Source of the DNA: Candidatus Iainarchaeum sp.
GTDB lineage: Archaea; Iainarchaeota; Iainarchaeia; Iainarchaeales; JAAZKV01
Direction of reading: 5' to 3'
Assembly (NCBI GenBank): GCA_018691995.1
Contig: JABHJM010000075.1
Coordinates: forward strand, 1-40,703
Length of the DNA: 40,703 nt
Below are positions 1-9,510 of the stretch, piece after piece (the first letter of the stretch is position 1; every line of letters starts with the position of its first letter). Below the pieces are notes generated by a model. The model did no database searches and was not told the DNA's origin. It saw only the letters and a program-made list of their open reading frames with translations. The position numbers and the translations under genes were made by a program.

Positions 1-1071
1 TATTTAATAAAAGACAATTATAATCAAGCATTATTAACTGACTTTTTAAAATACTATGAATCAAGTTTCTTAAATGCAGGAACTACTTTTAATAAAGTAA
101 AAAAATATATTGAAAATGACAAAATTAAATTTAAAGTAAATAGAGAAAATAATACAATCCTTCCCTTTGGTGGACTCTTCCGAGTTGAAATTGAAATTAT
201 TAGAACTAATGAAAATTTATACAGTTTATTTAATGGTTTAGAACTTAATTCAGAAATAATAGTTCATCTAATTCCAATAAGAAAAGCTCCAAATTATAAT
301 CCATTTTATGAATTACCATTTGATGGGGAAGTTGGAAGTGAAAGAGGTGGATATGGAGTTGGAGCTAATAGTTTATTAAAACTCAGGGAAGATGTTTTTG
401 CAAAAGAAGCAAACAATGCACTTAAGAAAATAAATTATTTTTCTTCAACAAACCCAGCTGTAACAGATACTGGAATTGTTCTTGAATATGATACTAGTAC
501 AAATGATTTTGTATTAGTTCCTTCACAACCAACACCTGTTGAAATGACTGTTACAAGAGATAATGATCGAGCACAATTACAATATAGTGTTTCTGGAACT
601 AGTGCAAATAATGTTCCAACAAAAACTTGGGCACTTAGAACTTCAACAATTGGAGATTCAAAATGTCATGATTTTGAAGACCAAGACAAACAAACATTTA
701 CTGAAACAAAAACTGGGAACAATCATAAAATTTCTTGGCAAAGACTAAAAAATGGGACTCTTGGATTAACTACAACATTTTTTAGTTCAAAAAATTCCGA
801 CCAACCACTAATATTGACTCCGATTGATGAAGAAACAAATATACTAAATAGCTATTCAATTGTCAAACAAAACACAAGTGTGTTTTTGAAAAATTATGAT
901 AATAGAGGAATAACAAATTATGACACACTTAATGGACTTTTCAACTTAATAAAAGAAGAAAAACTTGCAATAAATTTAACTGAAAATAATGTAAAAATAT
1001 TTTGGAATCCTGAGTATTTAGCTGAACTTGAAGATGAAGTAATAAGTGATTCAGGTTATTCTTGTAACTAA
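1..1071 (+). CDS. 3' part of a large hypothetical, probably surface or secreted, protein; 5' end lies outside the window
   Basis: Frame 1 has no stop from base 1 to the TAA at 1069-1071. The track ORF 544..1071 is only the portion after an internal Met. No catalytic motif recognised. Confidence 0.6.
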   Translation, partial: YLIKDNYNQALLTDFLKYYESSFLNAGTTFNKVKKYIENDKIKFKVNRENNTILPFGGLFRVEIEIIRTNENLYSLFNGLELNSEIIVHLIPIRKAPNYNPFYELPFDGEVGSERGGYGVGANSLLKLREDVFAKEANNALKKINYFSSTNPAVTDTGIVLEYDTSTNDFVLVPSQPTPVEMTVTRDNDRAQLQYSVSGTSANNVPTKTWALRTSTIGDSKCHDFEDQDKQTFTETKTGNNHKISWQRLKNGTLGLTTTFFSSKNSDQPLILTPIDEETNILNSYSIVKQNTSVFLKNYDNRGITNYDTLNGLFNLIKEEKLAINLTENNVKIFWNPEYLAELEDEVISDSGYSCN

Positions 1072-1119
1072 AAAAATTAAGTATATAAAGCAGAAACCCC
1101 TTATTTTTCTTGAGCTAAA

Positions 1120-4100
1120 ATGACTTATGACTATCCAGAGGAAGAAAATGACGAGTATGATGAAAACTCGTTCATGGGGAAAATAACTTCTATTGATAAG
1201 AAAAAACTCTTGATTATTTTAGTTGTTTTAATTTTATTAATTGGAGGAGGATTAGTTGCTACTGGCATAATTTCTCCAGGAGAACTATTTCCAAATAAAG
1301 ACGATATTTCTTTTACTGATGAAGATGGAGTAAAATTATCTGTTCGAGGAAGCACTACTAGTGAAGGAGATGTTGAAACTTTTAACACAGATGGGACAAA
1401 TTTGAACCTTTCAATGAATCCAGAAGAAACAGCAAGAGTTTCAATACAAACAAGAGGAATCCCAAAAGGACTTGGAGTTGGAAGTGTTACTGTTATTGGT
1501 CAAAACGGAACAATAATTTCAACAACAACTGGAAATGCAACATATGATGCAAATGGACAATTAATTATTATAATTGATCCAAATGCAGATCTTGGTTTAA
1601 CTGGAGATCCATCAGATTATGAAGGAGATGAATATGAATATATTTTTCAAGTAGTTTTAGTGGATGCAAATACTGGCGAAGAAGTTATTTTTGAGATTCC
1701 AGCAATAATTGGTTTTGCAGAATTTGTTGGAACTGGATGTATTGTTCTAAATAGAAGTAGTGTTAGTGAAACAACACATTATGGAGAACTTTTACTTGAA
1801 GCAAAATTAAGAGTACTTTGTAGTAATAGTGATGATTTACTTGCAAGTGTTGATTGGAGTTCAAACACAATGGGTCCTGTTGAAGTTCTTTTTGATAAAA
1901 GTTATAGTGCTGGGACTAGTCTTGTAGATGATTATCAATTAATTGAAAGTTCTCCACAAACTGGAGAATATAAAATAAAAATATTTTTTGTTCCTTCAAA
2001 TGATTATGCGGGAGATCGTGCAAAGTTTGATGTTGATTTTAAACTTGGAAATGCGATTCAAACAATCAAATTTGATGTTGCAGTAGAAAATTTAGAACAA
2101 TGTGTTTCTGTAACAAGTGATGACCCAATAATTACTCATGATGGGGATGAAGCGAACATATTAATTGATGCAAAAAATTGTAAATCAAGCAAAATAAATT
2201 TTTATTTATGTGATGGAGATTATGGTTGTGGAGGAGGAACTGATGAGGGAGAAATTTCTTTAGACAATGGTTACTTTGCTCTTAAGGGTGGAAAAAGTAA
2301 ATCAGTTAAGGTAACTCGTGGAGAAATTGCAGGAGTTTATGGTGTCACGGTGCACGCAAGTATTCCAGGAATGGAAAAAACATTTATTGATGAAAAAGAA
2401 ATAACAGTATTACCAACTGCTGAATATGTTTATCCAGAAAAATTTGTTGTTTCTTTGCTTGAGGTTGGAACAAAAGATAGTGTTCGAATTAGAAATAATT
2501 TATTAGCAGAGGATGTTGGAGTTGATGCAAGTATTTGTGACCTTTATAGCAGTTCAATTGGAGAATCTGATGGACAGTCTTGGTTATACAAAATGTATGG
2601 AAATTATGATTATTATGCTGGAGAAGGACTTTATATTGCAGGTTTTACCCAATCAATTGGTGAACTGGATGCCGCAATGTTCTCTGCAAAAAGTTTATCA
2701 TACGCAGAAAATGTTTTGATAAAAGATGCTTACACAAATACAGAAGATGTTATGGATGATGCAACCGATCTTTTAGAAGACTCTGCACTTTCACTTGGTG
2801 CTGCAGAAGATTTACAAGACGAAATTGACGGATTAGTTTCACAAGGAGATGCAAGCATGGCAAGCGATATTATTTCTTTAGTTACAACAACTACTGGTTT
2901 AGTAGCAACTGCACAAACACTAACAACTGAAATTGGCACAACCCAGTCAACTCTTAGCGGAGTAACTTGTAGCCTCGCTACTGCTGACACAAAGGCTGCA
3001 ATCAGTTCTTTAAAAAAAGCAGCTACGGGTAGCAGCCAATGGTATCGAAACCTTGGGCAAATTTTGATAAGTGCAAATGACTTATACTCTCTTTGGACTC
3101 AAATAGAATCACTTACTGCAGAAAATCAAACAATTGAAGCTGAGACTGCTGTTGAAAATGCAGAGGATGCACATGAACAAATCCAAATTTTAAAAGATGA
3201 ATCAGAGGATGCATTTGATTATATGGAATCTGCTCTTGAAGCAGCTGCAATTGATGCCCTAACTTCAGCATCAGATGATGATCTTGATGCTAAACAATAT
3301 ATTGAACTTGCAAAAACAAAAATGGATGCAATTAAAGATGCTAGTGATGCGGCTGAATTATATCAACTAGCTGCATACGATGGTATTACTACTGCGCTAG
3401 CCGATGAAGAAGATACTACTGAATTAACAATTCAAGCAGTAAGTTTAATACTCACTTTAATTGGGTCATGGACTGATTCACTAACTACAGCTTCAACAAT
3501 ACAATCTAATTTATCCGCTGCACAAGCAAGTTTAACAAAAGCGTCTACAGGTGCTACACAGGGTATATCTAATAAAGAAGCTGCTTGTGTATCATCTCTT
3601 ACTTTAATTACTACAGCTCAAGGAGAAGTATCCTCAATGCAAGGCCTTTCAGGAGGAGCAATTGGAACAATGACCACCTGGGCAGGACGATTAAATTCTC
3701 TCTACCAATTATTTGAACTTTACGAAACAATGACTAGTGATCTTGGAGATCTCTTAACTGAGGCTAGTAGCCAGTTTAGCACACTCACAACAAATATTCA
3801 AAATATGAGAACCCTTGCTTATCTTACAGATATTGATATTGACAATGCAATTGAAGCAGCACAACAACTAGTAACATATGAAACACAGTCAAGTGATGCC
3901 GCAACTTATCTTTTTGATAATCTTGTAGGAGGAGATTTTAAAGAAAAAAGAAGAATGCAAGGACTTGTTGGTTCAATTATTAGTACTGGTTTTGTTGATG
4001 GAGCAAAATACGGTGGAGTTTACTCAACAAGTGACACTTTGTTTGCTGCTGATTGTGAAAATAGAGTAACAATGACTTTGCCAGATTTCCAAATTAATTT

Positions 4101-6048
4101 ATTAAAAGATGCATCAAGTCCAACTGTTTACAATAATGATATTATTGCACAATGGGATTTTAGTGAACCAATGGTATATGATTTTTTTGACGAACAAGAA
4201 GTTGCACTTAAATTTTCTGATAATGGATTAAAAGAAAATAGTTATGCAATTGTAGAGCTTCCAGTGAAAAAACATTCTCATTCGCCAACAACTCTTGTAA
4301 ATGGAAGCTTTGGACCATTCAATATTCCTGATTCAAAAGCAGAAGATTTAACTTACAAATATCATTTCAAATTTAATATGGAAGAGAGGAAAAGCGCAAA
4401 CCCCACAAGAAGTGCTATTTGTGAAAAAGGAATTTTATTTGGAGAAACAGGAGAAGATGCAGGAGCACAAATGCTTCTTTCTTGGGATTGGAATGCAATT
4501 AATAGTACTACAATAAAGGACAAATATATTGATGCTACTCAACTTTCAATTTTAATTGCAAAAAAACTTTCAGTAATAGATAATTTTTTGAAAAGAATAA
4601 GTATTTCTTGTCCAAATAATTATGCATTTGATATTGCAAAGGGAGTTGTTCCAACTGACATTGAATTAACCGAATCCGGAGATTGTTACCTTCCACTTTC
4701 AACAAAATATTATGAAGGAAAACCTTCTTTATACCATCAACTTGATTATGTTGTCGATGTGAGCAGTTATCCTGCTGGTTATGATGCATTTTTTGATGAA
4801 CCAATTATAAGTGATGCAGAACAATTTTTAGAAGTAGTTGATTTTAATGTTAATTTAATGCTTGATGGATTTGGAACAAATTTCCAAGATGACTTTTCAA
4901 ACGAATATACTACAACTCTTCTCAAATCAAATCCAGGATTTACTGACCCAAATATTGGAGGATACAAATATTTTGACAATGACAACATTTTCTTTTATTC
5001 TTCAAAAGCAAAAAGCTACTATAAAGATAGTGACTTTGTAGTTCCTGATGCTGGAAAATATAGAGTAAGATTATTAATTGAATTTGATGGGGCTTCTCCA
5101 CAATTATTCTCAGCCGGGGCAACAAAAGCAAAAGTAGTAGTTGACCTTGAATTAATTGAATCAATAAATAATGATTTTAGTCCACTTTATTATACTCCAT
5201 TTGATGGATCAACTGGTTTGAAAATAAATAATAATAGAAAAGATTATGGAAGTGCACTATCAAGCGGAAGTAGTTTTGACATTGTAAAAAAAGAAGGAAT
5301 TCTTTTAACAACTGATCAAAAAGATGCACTTGCAAAATTAAAAAACACTAAATTACAAAGTTTTACTTGGTTAAATTCTCTTGCATCAAGAAGAGCAAAA
5401 ATACTTGACTATTCTTACTCAGTAACAAACGATGCAAACATTATTTTTTCTCCAACAACAGCAACACCAATGTTAATGAAAATAAATGGTGTTCTTGGAA
5501 CAATCCCATACCTTGCATATGAAGTAAATAAAGACAAGGATAAAATTGCTGCTAACTCAAACAGTTTATTCTTATGGACTGGAATTGACGGATGTCGTGA
5601 TTTTTATGGAGGCAATTTAAATCAACTTATAAATAATACTCCTGATTACAAAGCAGATGATGTATATGGAATGTTCTTTTCAAACCCTAACGATCCAGGA
5701 GCAATTTATCTAAAAACAATTGCTTACACTCCAACAGAAAATGCTTATGGACTAGGTTACGCAGGAGATGGAGAGATAATTACAACAAACTACCTAATTC
5801 CAACTGATGGCGTAATACAATTAGACGGAATTAGCGGAATGCCCTACAATGACCTGCCTAATAACGCAAAAATAAGCAGTTTGCTTGACATTTTTAATGC
5901 AGTTGATGATGGGGCAGTTTGTGTTTCTCAACTAGGCGGACGAGAAATATATTGGTGGCCAGAAGATTACTTGTTTGAAAAAGATAATGCAAATGGAGAA
6001 AATATGCTAGATCGTGAAATAGCTGCCAAAGGCGAATGTATTAGATAA
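1120..6048 (+). CDS. giant (1642 aa) membrane-anchored surface protein, function unknown
   Basis: Single uninterrupted ORF. It has an acidic N-terminus and then one hydrophobic segment (LLIILVVLILLIGGGLVATGII). A long ectodomain follows, with an Ala/Thr/Ser/Asp/Glu-rich low-complexity central region (about aa 520-900) and scattered Cys pairs. Confidence 0.85.
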   Translation: MTYDYPEEENDEYDENSFMGKITSIDKKKLLIILVVLILLIGGGLVATGIISPGELFPNKDDISFTDEDGVKLSVRGSTTSEGDVETFNTDGTNLNLSMNPEETARVSIQTRGIPKGLGVGSVTVIGQNGTIISTTTGNATYDANGQLIIIIDPNADLGLTGDPSDYEGDEYEYIFQVVLVDANTGEEVIFEIPAIIGFAEFVGTGCIVLNRSSVSETTHYGELLLEAKLRVLCSNSDDLLASVDWSSNTMGPVEVLFDKSYSAGTSLVDDYQLIESSPQTGEYKIKIFFVPSNDYAGDRAKFDVDFKLGNAIQTIKFDVAVENLEQCVSVTSDDPIITHDGDEANILIDAKNCKSSKINFYLCDGDYGCGGGTDEGEISLDNGYFALKGGKSKSVKVTRGEIAGVYGVTVHASIPGMEKTFIDEKEITVLPTAEYVYPEKFVVSLLEVGTKDSVRIRNNLLAEDVGVDASICDLYSSSIGESDGQSWLYKMYGNYDYYAGEGLYIAGFTQSIGELDAAMFSAKSLSYAENVLIKDAYTNTEDVMDDATDLLEDSALSLGAAEDLQDEIDGLVSQGDASMASDIISLVTTTTGLVATAQTLTTEIGTTQSTLSGVTCSLATADTKAAISSLKKAATGSSQWYRNLGQILISANDLYSLWTQIESLTAENQTIEAETAVENAEDAHEQIQILKDESEDAFDYMESALEAAAIDALTSASDDDLDAKQYIELAKTKMDAIKDASDAAELYQLAAYDGITTALADEEDTTELTIQAVSLILTLIGSWTDSLTTASTIQSNLSAAQASLTKASTGATQGISNKEAACVSSLTLITTAQGEVSSMQGLSGGAIGTMTTWAGRLNSLYQLFELYETMTSDLGDLLTEASSQFSTLTTNIQNMRTLAYLTDIDIDNAIEAAQQLVTYETQSSDAATYLFDNLVGGDFKEKRRMQGLVGSIISTGFVDGAKYGGVYSTSDTLFAADCENRVTMTLPDFQINLLKDASSPTVYNNDIIAQWDFSEPMVYDFFDEQEVALKFSDNGLKENSYAIVELPVKKHSHSPTTLVNGSFGPFNIPDSKAEDLTYKYHFKFNMEERKSANPTRSAICEKGILFGETGEDAGAQMLLSWDWNAINSTTIKDKYIDATQLSILIAKKLSVIDNFLKRISISCPNNYAFDIAKGVVPTDIELTESGDCYLPLSTKYYEGKPSLYHQLDYVVDVSSYPAGYDAFFDEPIISDAEQFLEVVDFNVNLMLDGFGTNFQDDFSNEYTTTLLKSNPGFTDPNIGGYKYFDNDNIFFYSSKAKSYYKDSDFVVPDAGKYRVRLLIEFDGASPQLFSAGATKAKVVVDLELIESINNDFSPLYYTPFDGSTGLKINNNRKDYGSALSSGSSFDIVKKEGILLTTDQKDALAKLKNTKLQSFTWLNSLASRRAKILDYSYSVTNDANIIFSPTTATPMLMKINGVLGTIPYLAYEVNKDKDKIAANSNSLFLWTGIDGCRDFYGGNLNQLINNTPDYKADDVYGMFFSNPNDPGAIYLKTIAYTPTENAYGLGYAGDGEIITTNYLIPTDGVIQLDGISGMPYNDLPNNAKISSLLDIFNAVDDGAVCVSQLGGREIYWWPEDYLFEKDNANGENMLDREIAAKGECIR

Positions 6049-7017
6049 TTAACGATCAATTATTTTTGTTTTATATTTAGATTTTTTATTTTTAAAAAGT
6101 AAAATTCTTGAAATTTCTTTTTGATTTTCAAGCTTATAAGAAGGCATTAATTTGAGTAATTTTTTTGTTGTACTTTTAGTGTATGCAAAAGAAGGCATAT
6201 TTTCTTCAACAAGTCTTTTTCTTGACATTCCAATCCACATATAAGCTTTTATTTCAACAAAATCTGCTGCAACGGTTTCAAGAACTTCTGCTAATTGTCC
6301 GAGTGTTTTTTCACCATCATTTTTTCCTTTAATTAAAGTAAATCTAATTACTGTTCTTGTAGGGAGAAGTTTTAGCATTGCTAAAGATTTTAAATATTTT
6401 TTCCAACCATTTTTTTCTTTATTTTTTGTAATGCTCTTGTATAATTTTTCTTCTGGTGCAACCATTGAAATATATAATTGGGTTGGAAGAGATTTTGTTT
6501 CTTTCAATTTTAAGAGCATTTTTGGATTTTGTCCATTACTAACTAAAAAAACTGTTTCTGTTCCCTTTCTTTTTTTTAAATAAGAAATTAATTCAGGGAG
6601 TTGTTTGTATAAAGTAGGTTCACCACTTAACGAAATTGCCCAGTGTCTTTGTTCTAAAGCTTTATCAAAAGTACTCAGCTTTACTTTTTCATTACCCTTA
6701 AATCCACTCAAAAGTTTTGCTCTTTTTTTAATTAATTCTTCAATCATTTCTTTTGGTTTTGGAAGAGTTGGTGGTTTTGAACCCATATATTCTTTTGGTC
6801 TCCAACAAAAAACACATGCATTATTACACCAAAAAGTAGTTGGTGCAATTTGATGACAACTAGTTGTATCTGCTCCGTAAAAATCTTGTTTGTAACAATG
6901 TTCTTTCCCATTTGTTCTAATAGCATCTCTATTCCATTCACAAACTTGTATAGAAGCCTCTTTTGCAAAACCATATTTCTTTTTTTCAAAATCTTGCACC
7001 AATTCTTTTACTTTCAT
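6049..7017 (-). CDS. taw1: tRNA 4-demethylwyosine synthase (Taw1/TYW1-type radical SAM enzyme)
   Basis: Radical SAM motif CNNACVFCWRP plus upstream Cys residues (VCEW..HCYK..SCHQ), typical of Taw1. Start set at MKVKELV (ATG complement at 7015-7017). The 101 leucine/glutamine-rich codons upstream in the track ORF look non-coding. Confidence 0.8.
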   Translation of the reverse strand: MKVKELVQDFEKKKYGFAKEASIQVCEWNRDAIRTNGKEHCYKQDFYGADTTSCHQIAPTTFWCNNACVFCWRPKEYMGSKPPTLPKPKEMIEELIKKRAKLLSGFKGNEKVKLSTFDKALEQRHWAISLSGEPTLYKQLPELISYLKKRKGTETVFLVSNGQNPKMLLKLKETKSLPTQLYISMVAPEEKLYKSITKNKEKNGWKKYLKSLAMLKLLPTRTVIRFTLIKGKNDGEKTLGQLAEVLETVAADFVEIKAYMWIGMSRKRLVEENMPSFAYTKSTTKKLLKLMPSYKLENQKEISRILLFKNKKSKYKTKIIDR

Positions 7018-7091
7018 AAAAAAGCAACCTAAGAGAATATTTATAAATAAATCAAAAGTAATAGTATATAACAAATAAAGGTGATTTTTGA

Positions 7092-7532
7092 ATGGAAGAA
7101 CAAATACAATTAGTAGCAAATTATGAAGATTGGAAAGCAATAAAAAAAATAACAATAACAAATGAAACTGCTCCGCTTGCAATAGCCGAATTTTTAGCAA
7201 GCCTAACTTATAGTACTGATGAAAAAATTGAAGATAATTTAAGAAAAACTGTTGAACTTGATAAAGTCGATGCTGCTTTAGGGGAACTAGGGCTTGGAAA
7301 GGGAGATGCTGGTGAAGCAATTAAAGAAGTTAACACTAGAATTGTTAGTAAAGTTATAAATGAAATTTGTAAGTTGGATAAATTTAATGGACCAACTCAA
7401 AAAGAATTAATTGCACTTTGTAAAATCTATGCAACAAAAAAAGCACTAAAAGCATGTGGAGTAATGGTTGAATATAGTCAAGCAGAAATCCCAAGTTTGA
7501 AAAGAGCTAAAAAAGCTAAAGCAAAGAAGTAA
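7092..7532 (+). CDS. hypothetical protein with a Lys-rich C-terminal tail
   Basis: ORF preceded by AGGTGAT (7079-7085) 6 nt from the ATG. No motif recognised. Confidence 0.6.
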   Translation: MEEQIQLVANYEDWKAIKKITITNETAPLAIAEFLASLTYSTDEKIEDNLRKTVELDKVDAALGELGLGKGDAGEAIKEVNTRIVSKVINEICKLDKFNGPTQKELIALCKIYATKKALKACGVMVEYSQAEIPSLKRAKKAKAKK

Positions 7533-7537
7533 TTTTT

Positions 7538-7927
7538 ATGGCTAAAAAAAGAAATATAATTAACCCTGGAACAAAAGGACAAAGAATTCCAGGCCTAAAG
7601 ATACGCTTGCCTCTTGGTGCAAGTAAAAAGGCTGTTGAAGTTGCACATAAACTTGGTGAAGCTGAGTTGGCTGGAAAAGGAAAAGTTATTCGAAGACCAA
7701 AAAAACCACTTGTTGCAAAACTTGAATGGCAAATTGCTGAAACAATTGGAAAACGAACTTTTGAAGTTGGACCAGAAGCACATCGTTCAACAAAATATTT
7801 TATCACAGGAAATGGAAGACATTTAACAATTACAAAAGGAACCAATAGAGGAAGAAAAACAACAGTTACAAACTTGGAAGAATTTGCAAGTGTTATTAAA
7901 CAAGCTGCTAGAAAAATGGGGATGTAA
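7538..7927 (+). CDS. hypothetical basic protein (129 aa)
   Basis: ORF tightly packed after the previous gene. Very Lys/Arg-rich, so possibly nucleic-acid binding. No motif recognised. Confidence 0.55.
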   Translation: MAKKRNIINPGTKGQRIPGLKIRLPLGASKKAVEVAHKLGEAELAGKGKVIRRPKKPLVAKLEWQIAETIGKRTFEVGPEAHRSTKYFITGNGRHLTITKGTNRGRKTTVTNLEEFASVIKQAARKMGM

Positions 7928-7930
7928 AAA

Positions 7931-8446
7931 ATGCCCTGTAGTAGTTTAGTCAAAAAAAGAGGAAACAAAAGGTATACTTTGAGTGTTTCGTGCCCAACTT
8001 GTTACGCTGGAATTGAAAAAAAAGTTTTTAAAGAAGGCAATGGAAAAGTTGCAGGATGTATGAAATGGGCACTTCCAAAAGTAGGTCCAAAGGGACGAAG
8101 CACCCCTATTCAAAGAGCTCAATATTATGGTTGGCATTTAATACTTGAAGCAAACCTAAAACATAATAATGTCCCGCAAAAAACAATCACTATTTTAAAT
8201 AAAGTATTTTATAAAACAAGAAAACCATCAAGATATCAATACAAAGCTCTTGTTGAAAGTTTTTCAAAACAATCAAAAAGACCCAAATTGTTAGTTAGAA
8301 CTTTACTTTCACAAATGATTAAAGATACGGCTACTGTAAAAAAATATTCCAAAGAAGCAGGTTTTTCTCCACGTGCACAAAAATTATTTGCATTACATTG
8401 TGATGAATTCACAAGACAAATAAAAGAATTACAAAAATTTGAATGA
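7931..8446 (+). CDS. hypothetical basic protein (171 aa) with an N-terminal CxxC pair
   Basis: ORF 3 nt after the previous stop. SCPTCYAG motif. Function unknown. Confidence 0.55.
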   Translation: MPCSSLVKKRGNKRYTLSVSCPTCYAGIEKKVFKEGNGKVAGCMKWALPKVGPKGRSTPIQRAQYYGWHLILEANLKHNNVPQKTITILNKVFYKTRKPSRYQYKALVESFSKQSKRPKLLVRTLLSQMIKDTATVKKYSKEAGFSPRAQKLFALHCDEFTRQIKELQKFE

Positions 8447-9276
8447 TTATTATGGTTTCCGAAATAATTGTTAATGAATTTTTACAGAGTTTTTCTACTC
8501 CACTTTTAGATCTTTTTTTTGGAATAATTACTTTTTTTGGACACCCTTTACCTTGGATTATTGTTGCAGCCTGGTTATTTTGGTTAGGGTATGAAAAAAG
8601 AAGCTTTATGCTAATGTCAATAATACTTGTTTCTAGTTTATTTGCTGGTTTTTTTAAAATACTAATTGGAAGGGTTCGCCCAGAAGGAATTCTTGTTCTT
8701 GAAAATCAAGCAGGAACATACTCAATGCCTTCAGGACATGCAACACTAGCTGGATCAATTTATTCGTTTTATGAAAAAAAAATTAAATTAAAAACTAAAT
8801 ATGTTGCAATTATCCTTGTAATATTAGTTTTAATTTCAAGAGTTTATCTTGGAGTTCACTTTGTAAGTGATGTATTAGCAGGACTATTGCTTGGATATAT
8901 CTTAGGAAAAGCTCTTTGTAAACTTGAAAGAAAAGTTAAAAAATCCCACTTAAAAGTTAGTAAATTTAGTGAAGAAAAATTATTACTAATTATTTTTGTT
9001 ATAATGATTGTGACCGTATTTGTTTTGCCCGAAACATTTTATTTAGGATATTTGTTATTTGGTTATTATTTTGGTTTTGTAATTTATCGTGATTCAAAAT
9101 GGAAAATCAAAACAGAAAATAAAAAATTAAATATTATTTTTGGAACAATTATTCTTGGAATACTTGGATATATTTCTTTTAACTCGAGCGGATATTTTGG
9201 AATTGTTGGTTTTTTCATCACTGGTTTATACATAACTCTTGGTTGGCCATTCATTTTAAACAAAACCAAACTTTAA
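8443..9276 (+). CDS. PAP2-family (type 2 phosphatidic acid / polyprenyl-diphosphate) phosphatase, integral membrane
   Basis: All three PAP2 motifs are present: KILIGRVRP, PSGH and SRVYLGVHFVSDV. Multiple TM segments. The start overlaps the previous stop (ATGA). Confidence 0.85.
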   Translation: MIIMVSEIIVNEFLQSFSTPLLDLFFGIITFFGHPLPWIIVAAWLFWLGYEKRSFMLMSIILVSSLFAGFFKILIGRVRPEGILVLENQAGTYSMPSGHATLAGSIYSFYEKKIKLKTKYVAIILVILVLISRVYLGVHFVSDVLAGLLLGYILGKALCKLERKVKKSHLKVSKFSEEKLLLIIFVIMIVTVFVLPETFYLGYLLFGYYFGFVIYRDSKWKIKTENKKLNIIFGTIILGILGYISFNSSGYFGIVGFFITGLYITLGWPFILNKTKL

Positions 9277-9335
9277 AAATACTCCTTCTTTCAATTCATA
9301 TAGTGGTGAGCTAGGACTCATTACTGATCAAAGAT

Positions 9336-9445
9336 CCCCCCTTAGTTTAGTAGCTAGAACGCTTGGCTGTAGATATCTATTATATCAGGGAAACCTGACG
9401 CAAGCTGAAACCGAGAGATCCCCGGTGCAACTCTGGGAGGGGGGA
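9336..9445 (+). tRNA. tRNA-Tyr(GUA): tRNA-Tyr (anticodon GTA) with a roughly 37 nt intron at the canonical 37/38 position; atypical D-loop and T-loop
   Basis: Hand-folded cloverleaf. Acceptor is CCCCCCT (9336-9342) / AGGGGGG (9438-9444) with C1:G72 and A73. D-stem is GTTT/GAAC. Anticodon stem is CTTGG (9362-9366) / CCGAG (9411-9415) with loop CTGTAG..A. The intron at 9373-9409 contains a TCAGG-GAAA-CCTGA hairpin. T-stem is CCCGG/CTGGG. T-loop is TGCAACT (G at position 55) and the D-loop lacks the GG pair. Confidence 0.75.
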
Positions 9446-9510
9446 TTGTACCGCAAGTTAGTAGTAAGGAGTCAGTAGTTATTGGCTCCACTAATTTGCC
9501 TAGTTCTAAC

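Noticed and set aside
7018-7320. N-terminal 101-codon extension of the Taw1 ORF in the ORF track
   Set aside because: The extension is a Leu/Gln/Phe-rich translation of AT-rich intergenic DNA and overlaps the divergent gene starting at 7092. The Taw1 homology begins at MKVKELV.
7516-7968. Long antisense ORFs in the track (7516..7968 minus, also 1131..1388, 2730..2990, 31471..31833, 36323..36613 and 37340..37753)
   Set aside because: They lie entirely opposite well-supported genes and have skewed, low-complexity composition. They are shadow ORFs, which are common in compositionally biased DNA.
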